Positions 7,730-11,678 of a DNA stretch of 11,678 bases are shown piece by piece. Within the stretch, counting starts at the first letter, position 1. Each line of letters opens with the position of its first letter. The notes under the pieces are model-generated. The model was not told where the DNA came from and ran no database searches. It saw only the letters and a list, made by a program, of their open reading frames with translations. Source of the stretch: Armatimonadota bacterium (GTDB lineage Bacteria; Armatimonadota; Armatimonadia; Armatimonadales; Armatimonadaceae); contig JAYUUO010000154.1 of the NCBI GenBank assembly GCA_043754515.1, forward strand, positions 1-11,678, given 5' to 3'. Made by a program: the position numbers and the translations under genes.

Positions 7730-7848
7730 CGGTAAAACGTCGCGACCAAGACCCCCGCGGCGGATGCCATCTGCGCGTCGGTTTGCCTCGCGTCAGCGAC
7801 CGCTTTCGCAGCATCTTCGGAGCGTTTGTCCCATCGAAAGCCTATCAT
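7717..7848 (-). pseudogene. HTH fragment (phBC6A51-like) out of frame with terS
   Basis: The first ~43 aa of ORF 7411..7848 (MIGFRWDKRSEDAAKAVADARQTDAQMASAAGVLVATFYRWKS) read as an HTH. The remainder looks like shadow sequence overlapping terS in another frame. Confidence 0.5.
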
Positions 7849-7893
7849 TTTCTATCAGACCGGCATAAAACCGGCGTGTCTGCCGAGGCCGTT

Positions 7894-8304
7894 CTAGCCG
7901 GGCACGCGGATTATTGCGTCGCGGGGGTCTTTGTCGCGGTTGTGCGCGACGATCTGTAGCATCCGCTCGGACAGTGCCTGCATATAGCCGGGGTCGTTGT
8001 AATCGTCGGGGACGATGACCGGCTTGGTTTTGCGGGCGAGCCGCTTCACCTCGTCGCTGACGATTGCCTGCGCTTCGGCGAACGTCCAGCGGTTGTCGCG
8101 CTTCACGGGGATCGGCTTGTAGTCGAATCCCGTCTCGGTGTCGGCGACCACGGTGCGGGTGGCGCGGGCACAGATCGCGTCCACGTCGCTGTCGAGTCGG
8201 ATGACGCGGCGGGTGACGACGTTACGAGCCTTACGGACGGTCCGCCCGGCTTCGCGCTGGAGACGTTTGGTTTCCAGGGAGCGGGGCGGGTTTGTCGTCA
8301 ACAT
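7894..8304 (-). CDS. Hypothetical basic protein (136 aa)
   Basis: Start reassigned to ATG 8304 because the ORF-track start at 8358 lies inside the structured intergenic element. Arg/Lys-rich N-terminal third. No family recognised and no clear SD. Confidence 0.65.
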   Translation of the reverse strand: MLTTNPPRSLETKRLQREAGRTVRKARNVVTRRVIRLDSDVDAICARATRTVVADTETGFDYKPIPVKRDNRWTFAEAQAIVSDEVKRLARKTKPVIVPDDYNDPGYMQALSERMLQIVAHNRDKDPRDAIIRVPG

Positions 8305-8318
8305 GGAATTAAAATGAG

Positions 8319-8388
8319 ACAAGGCTACCGGCTGTCGAGTTGAACGACATATCGGCAAAACATGTTTTGCCTGACCCGGTAGCCTCGT
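8319..8388 (-). ncRNA. Candidate structured RNA: three-way junction with tRNA-like T-arm
   Basis: Minus strand: ACGAGGCUACCGG guca GGCAAAA caug UUUUGCC gaua UGUCG UUCAACU CGACA g CCGGUAGCCUUGU. P1 is 13 bp (one G-U), P2 is 7 bp and P3 is 5 bp with a UUCAACU loop. Confidence 0.6.
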
Positions 8389-8400
8389 AATACGATGGGT

Positions 8401-8416
8401 TATTCCGCGCGGAATA
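8401..8416. repeat. Perfect 16-bp palindrome TATTCCGCGCGGAATA
   Basis: Read directly; intergenic. On the minus strand it can extend with UGCGAU/AUCGUA (8426-8421 / 8396-8391). Confidence 0.8.
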
Positions 8417-8445
8417 TCGGATCGCAGAGCGTCAGAAATAGCGGG

Positions 8446-8646
8446 TTACTTTTTAGGGTGAAAAAAAAGCCCCATCAGATGCCCGATGAACGCGGTGATG
8501 TAAGAAACGCGGGTCCCGTGCGGAATCAGGTTGATCAACGGCGCGACGTGATCGGCGAGTTCCTGCGCGGACTTCGAGACAGCGACGGGTAGATGCACTT
8601 CGGGTAGTCCGGTCGTTTCGTTGATTGCTTGGCTAACATCGCTCAT
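8446..8646 (-). CDS. Hypothetical 66-aa protein with hydrophobic C-terminal helix
   Basis: ATG 8646 lies just downstream of the terminator with a weak GGAAAG SD. C-terminus is 'VSYITAFIGHLMGLFFHPKK'. Confidence 0.6.
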   Translation of the reverse strand: MSDVSQAINETTGLPEVHLPVAVSKSAQELADHVAPLINLIPHGTRVSYITAFIGHLMGLFFHPKK

Positions 8647-8663
8647 GGTGGTTCTGCTTTCCG

Positions 8664-8698
8664 AAAAATACCGGACAATAGCCTTCTATCGTCCGGTA
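8664..8698 (-). terminator. Rho-independent terminator
   Basis: Minus strand UACCGGACGAUAG-AAGG-CUAUUGUCCGGUA-UUUUU: 13-bp stem with one G-U pair (an A-C mismatch on +), followed by U5. Confidence 0.8.
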
Positions 8699-8722
8699 GT
8701 GAAGGAGATATGCGTCATTCTG

Positions 8723-8751
8723 ATCATGCCACGCCCTATGCGGTTCATCAA
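8723..8751 (-). promoter_or_regulatory. Putative sigma70-type (late) promoter
   Basis: TTGATG (8751-8746), 17-nt spacer, CATGAT (8728-8723) with extended -10 TG. AT-rich upstream sequence. Predicted +1 near 8716. Confidence 0.5.
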
Positions 8752-8796
8752 ACACAAATAGTGGGCAATGTTACAACAAGTGTCCCAAAATAGGAA

Positions 8797-9009
8797 TCAC
8801 ACGGATTTCATCGGCTCGGTAGAACCCGGTTTTACCTGCGCGGTCGCGCTCCGCTTGAGTTCCCACACGTGCCGCGCGATGATCCGGCACACCGTCATCC
8901 GGCTGACGCCATATGCCTCCGCCGTCTTGCGCTGGCTGTGGTGGGTCAAGTAGTGTGCGACCACGAGTTTGTCGCGGCGTTCGCGTTCTGCCGCAGTGAG
9001 GCGGGTCAT
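8797..9009 (-). CDS. Small HTH DNA-binding protein (possible late-gene regulator)
   Basis: 70 aa with 'RDKLVVAHYL...SQRKTAEAYGVSRMTVCRII' HTH. ATGA overlap with the upstream gene. Last gene before the promoter/terminator interval. Confidence 0.8.
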   Translation of the reverse strand: MTRLTAAERERRDKLVVAHYLTHHSQRKTAEAYGVSRMTVCRIIARHVWELKRSATAQVKPGSTEPMKSV

Positions 9010-9536
9010 CTCGGTGAAAACCCGATTTCACCTGACTTGATGCCCCGCCCCTCTTCCCCGACTTGCCTCGCGACCTCGCGGGCGATCAGTCCGGGGTGGG
9101 ATATGTGGATCGGCGCGCCTCGCGCCTCCGCCATGAGATCAATCACTTCTTCCAGCAGGTCAAGCGATCCCCCGAACGAGTTCGAGAGTTTCGCCGTCAT
9201 CCGCTTCCACGCCTCGCGCCGGTCGGCGAGATCGTCCGCCTGGGCCTCGCGCTCCGCTGGGTCGATTCTCGCCTCCTCCGCTTTGACGAGCCGCCAGTGG
9301 ATGGCTATCCCCGCGTCGCCGTTGTCCTGGTACTCGACCCCGGCGAGGCTCCGGCAGGACGGGTAGACATCATCGCAGGGCACGCCAGGTAGCTGGCGTA
9401 GCACCGTCCTGACGACCGCCGCCCACGGCACGAACCGGGTCTCGTTCGCGTCCAGGATCATCGAGATCACGGCCTTGATCCGGTCGGCGGATTCCGGCAA
9501 CGCGTGTTGTTTATTGGGCATTTTCATGGATTTCAT
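9006..9536 (-). CDS. Hypothetical protein (176 aa), possible N-terminal winged helix
   Basis: ATG 9536 overlaps the initiator stop (ATGA) and has a GAGGA SD. Its own stop overlaps the next ATG (ATGA). Confidence 0.75.
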   Translation of the reverse strand: MKSMKMPNKQHALPESADRIKAVISMILDANETRFVPWAAVVRTVLRQLPGVPCDDVYPSCRSLAGVEYQDNGDAGIAIHWRLVKAEEARIDPAEREAQADDLADRREAWKRMTAKLSNSFGGSLDLLEEVIDLMAEARGAPIHISHPGLIAREVARQVGEEGRGIKSGEIGFSPR

Positions 9537-10732
9537 AGGTTGATCCTCTCGGGGATTGATTCCCTGGCTGCCGCGAACGGGTCTACGAAACCGGCGTCGG
9601 GATGAAAGGCTATGCTCACGGCGTCGGCCCCCGGAGGCAGCACGAGGCGATCGCGGTTCCGGCGGTCGTGCCACTCCTGGGGCGCGGTGACCACGTTCGC
9701 GGATCTAGCGTTTTCTCTCTGGGCGGGCTTGGGGGGCGCGGAAGAATCGCCGCGATTTTCCCCGTCGGGCGGCATGGACGGCAACTCATAGCCCTTCTCG
9801 ATGGCGTCACGCAGGAACCCGGCGACGTTCTGGGTTATTTTTCGCAGGGACAGGCAATCTAACTGTTTCCGGCATTCGTCGGGCCGGGTGAGAGCCAGCC
9901 GCTCGGCGTCGGCGCGGTTCACGCCGAGCGCGGCTAACTCCTTGGCTAGTCGGTCTTGGGGGGGCGAACCGGGAACTATGATCCCGGACCCCTTGCCGTC
10001 AGGCAAAATAGCAACAACAACAGGCGTTCTTTCCCCGTCGCTTGTGGCGACTTCCGGCGTGGCGTCGCGCGCGCGCGGGGTACGCTCCGCTCCGCTCCGC
10101 TCCGCTCTGTTTTGTTGTTGTTGTTCTACGCTTACGCTTTGTTCTGTTATGCTCTGTTCTGTTACGCTTCGCTCTGTTACCGGCGCGGTCGTCGCGACGT
10201 CCGACGGAGGGGAAACGGACGCGGATGACGTCTCCGATGTACGTACACGGGAGCGCGGCGCTGCGTCCGTTTCCCGCCTCGTGGGGACCGACTCCTCGTC
10301 CTCAATCACGGCGTCGGGGGGCGGTATCGGCAGATTCGCGGCGACGCGCTCGGCTTGCGACGGCACCCGGTTGTTGCGCTTGCGGAACGCGTCCACGAAC
10401 CGCTTTACGATCAGTTTTCCGCCGTACTGCCACCAGTCGTGAACGAGCAACCGTCCGTCCGTAGTCCGCTCCAGGAACCCGTCACTCCCGGCGGGGCCGC
10501 AGGCGCACAGGGCATCCACGAACACGTCGGGGTCGCCGTCCCACTCCGCACCCTCGGCTATGTCGGTCGCCTCAAAACCGGTCAGATCACCTTTGGGCGC
10601 GTAGTCCATGACCCACCACCAGAGGCACTGGAGGTGCCCTATCGCGGCGGGGAGCGACACGCCGAGCGACCGTTTCAGACGTTTCGTTTTGGGGTGCTCG
10701 CGCAGTTCGCTGTGTGATTCGTTGTAAGGCAT
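9533..10732 (-). CDS. Phage replication initiator / replisome organiser (399 aa)
   Basis: Start reassigned to ATG 10732, 7 nt after the HNH stop. N-terminus 'ESHSELREHPKTKRLKRSLGVSLPAAIGHLQCLWWW...GDL...EWDGDPDVFVDAL...LLVHDW' is typical of phage initiators. It has a central low-complexity linker with DNA repeats and a C-terminal helical domain 'LAALGV...AERL...NVAGFLRDAIEKGY'. Confidence 0.8.
   Translation of the reverse strand: MPYNESHSELREHPKTKRLKRSLGVSLPAAIGHLQCLWWWVMDYAPKGDLTGFEATDIAEGAEWDGDPDVFVDALCACGPAGSDGFLERTTDGRLLVHDWWQYGGKLIVKRFVDAFRKRNNRVPSQAERVAANLPIPPPDAVIEDEESVPTRRETDAAPRSRVRTSETSSASVSPPSDVATTAPVTERSVTEQSITEQSVSVEQQQQNRAERSGAERTPRARDATPEVATSDGERTPVVVAILPDGKGSGIIVPGSPPQDRLAKELAALGVNRADAERLALTRPDECRKQLDCLSLRKITQNVAGFLRDAIEKGYELPSMPPDGENRGDSSAPPKPAQRENARSANVVTAPQEWHDRRNRDRLVLPPGADAVSIAFHPDAGFVDPFAAARESIPERINL
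10083..10180. repeat. Iteron-like tandem repeats (putative phage origin) within the initiator gene
   Basis: (CGCTC)x5 at 10083-10107, a (GTT)n tract at about 10109-10125, and three 15-mers: TTACGCTTTGTTCTG (10132-10146), TTATGCTCTGTTCTG (10147-10161), TTACGCTTCGCTCTG (10162-10176). Confidence 0.75.
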
Positions 10733-10739
10733 TTGTGAT

Positions 10740-11243
10740 CTATATCGACAGGGCAATGACGCCCGCCGCCTCCCGTCTTTCGTTTCGTTTTCGCGCCCGT
10801 GTCGCCGACGCATTGATCGCGTGGTATTTCGCGTCGTGCCGGAAATGGCAACGGGAACACCACGCTCTAAGGTTATTATCTGAATTATTGGAAACGTCGT
10901 GGTCAATGTGCCCGATAGTCAAAACGACCACGATCCACCGGTTGCCTCCGTCGTCTGTCTTGCGCTTTCCATTCCCGCAACAGTTGCAGGTATCGCTAAT
11001 GAACTTCGCCGCCGCGTAGGTGAGCGGATCTCCGGTGTCGTAGTTCATGCCCTCACCGCTCGCGTCGCAGTGCAGGTTCCCGCAGTTCGGTACGAACGTC
11101 CCCTCCGCGTCGCGGTAGCCGACCGCGTGGTGCGCGACCCCACATCGTTCGCAACGCGGGACCCCGAAGCGCGTGGCGCGTTCGAGTATGCGGGCGCGGA
11201 TCGTCGGCCATTCGGGTGAATAATCCGCGTATCTAATCGGCAA
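10740..11243 (-). CDS. HNH endonuclease-family protein (167 aa)
   Basis: TTG start at 11243 with GGAGG SD, overlapping the DUF1643 stop. 'PIRYADYSPEWPTIRARILERA...CERCG...VLTIGHIDHDVSNNSDNNLRAWCSRCH' gives CxxC...H-N-CxxCH. Confidence 0.85.
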   Translation of the reverse strand: MPIRYADYSPEWPTIRARILERATRFGVPRCERCGVAHHAVGYRDAEGTFVPNCGNLHCDASGEGMNYDTGDPLTYAAAKFISDTCNCCGNGKRKTDDGGNRWIVVVLTIGHIDHDVSNNSDNNLRAWCSRCHFRHDAKYHAINASATRARKRNERREAAGVIALSI

Positions 11244-11678
11244 CGTCAGTCGCCTCCCATCCGGTGTCTTGCCACGCGGGATAGTTGTTTTTGTCCCACG
11301 ACCATGACGGTGTGAGTGACGCGGGGAGATACAAAGGGTGTGATGGTTGCTCATACACTCCGGTACGCTTGTTGATCCGCAACGCGCGCGGGGTGACGCC
11401 GGATGCCTGCAACCTAAGAAGCGTGCTTGTACACTCCTCGCGTATCCTGCCGTGGTTACCCCACGCGCAGACCACGACCTTTGCCCCGTCTGCGGTCGCC
11501 GCGTCCAAAACCTCCCGGGAACTCGTATCGTTGCCGTACGGGTTCCAGTAAGTGACAAGCGGGGACGGGTCGGGGGAGCGCAAAGCGAACAGGTTGACCA
11601 CCACGATCCCGCCGAATCCCCAAGCGCGGGCGTAGCGCATGCACCGGCGTACGGTAGGATCGTCACTAGTCGAATCCG
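11233..11678 (-). CDS. DUF1643-family protein, 5' end outside window
   Basis: Frame is open to the window edge: 'DSTSDDPTVRRCMRYARAWGFGGIVVVNLFALRSPDP...VVVCAWGNHG...PSHPLYLP', the DUF1643 signature motifs. Confidence 0.9.
   Translation of the reverse strand, partial: DSTSDDPTVRRCMRYARAWGFGGIVVVNLFALRSPDPSPLVTYWNPYGNDTSSREVLDAATADGAKVVVCAWGNHGRIREECTSTLLRLQASGVTPRALRINKRTGVYEQPSHPLYLPASLTPSWSWDKNNYPAWQDTGWEATDVAD

Noticed and set aside
7856..7882. Imperfect hairpin CAGAC-CGG...CCG...GTCTG upstream of ATG 7848
   Set aside because: Short, bulged and without a U-tract; not distinguishable from chance at this GC content.
8319..8388. Hammerhead ribozyme or functional tRNA-Met
   Set aside because: The junctions lack the CUGANGA/GAAA core on either strand. 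As a tRNA it lacks a D-arm, a 7-nt anticodon loop with U33 and an encoded CCA.
8388..8400. TAATACGA resembling the T7 promoter
   Set aside because: The match stops after 8 nt (no CTCACTATA) and there is no T7-like context.
8701..8793. + strand GAAGGAGAT followed by ATG and a 27-codon ORF
   Set aside because: SD-to-ATG spacing is only 2 nt and it is antisense to all genes. The motif is better read as a minus-strand anti-SD.
10083..10180. CRISPR array or diversity-generating retroelement repeat
   Set aside because: The repeats are tandem without spacers and in frame within a gene. I saw no cas or reverse transcriptase gene and no template/variable repeat pair in the window.
10733..10906. ORF-track N-terminal extensions (initiator from 10906; also HNH from 11666, 9674, 8358 and 3317)
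   Set aside because: They overlap upstream genes or RNA structure. SD positions, stop/start coupling and family N-termini support starts at 10732, 11243, 9536, 8304 and 3275.

Overview
This GC-rich window is a contiguous segment of a tailed dsDNA phage or prophage (Caudoviricetes-type), with all credible genes on the minus strand. In transcription order (right to left) it holds an early/replication block: DUF1643-like protein (5' partial), HNH protein, replication initiator with internal iteron-like repeats, a 176-aa unknown and a 70-aa HTH protein. A regulatory interval follows (about 8300-8800) with a sigma70-like promoter, an intrinsic terminator, a 66-aa ORF and a highly structured intergenic element. 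The packaging/head block comes last: 136-aa basic unknown, an out-of-frame HTH fragment, terminase small and large subunits, an 85-aa ORF, DUF935/Mu gp29-like portal, a 218-aa SH3/KOW-like unknown, prohead protease with a nested scaffold start, DUF2190-like capsid cement protein and major capsid protein (3' partial, missing from the supplied ORF track). The most unusual signal is a ~70-nt minus-strand three-way-junction RNA (8319-8388) with a tRNA-like T-arm but no D-arm, between a promoter-terminator unit and an Arg-rich ORF at the head of the late genes. All family calls come from motif recognition by eye; no database searches were run.
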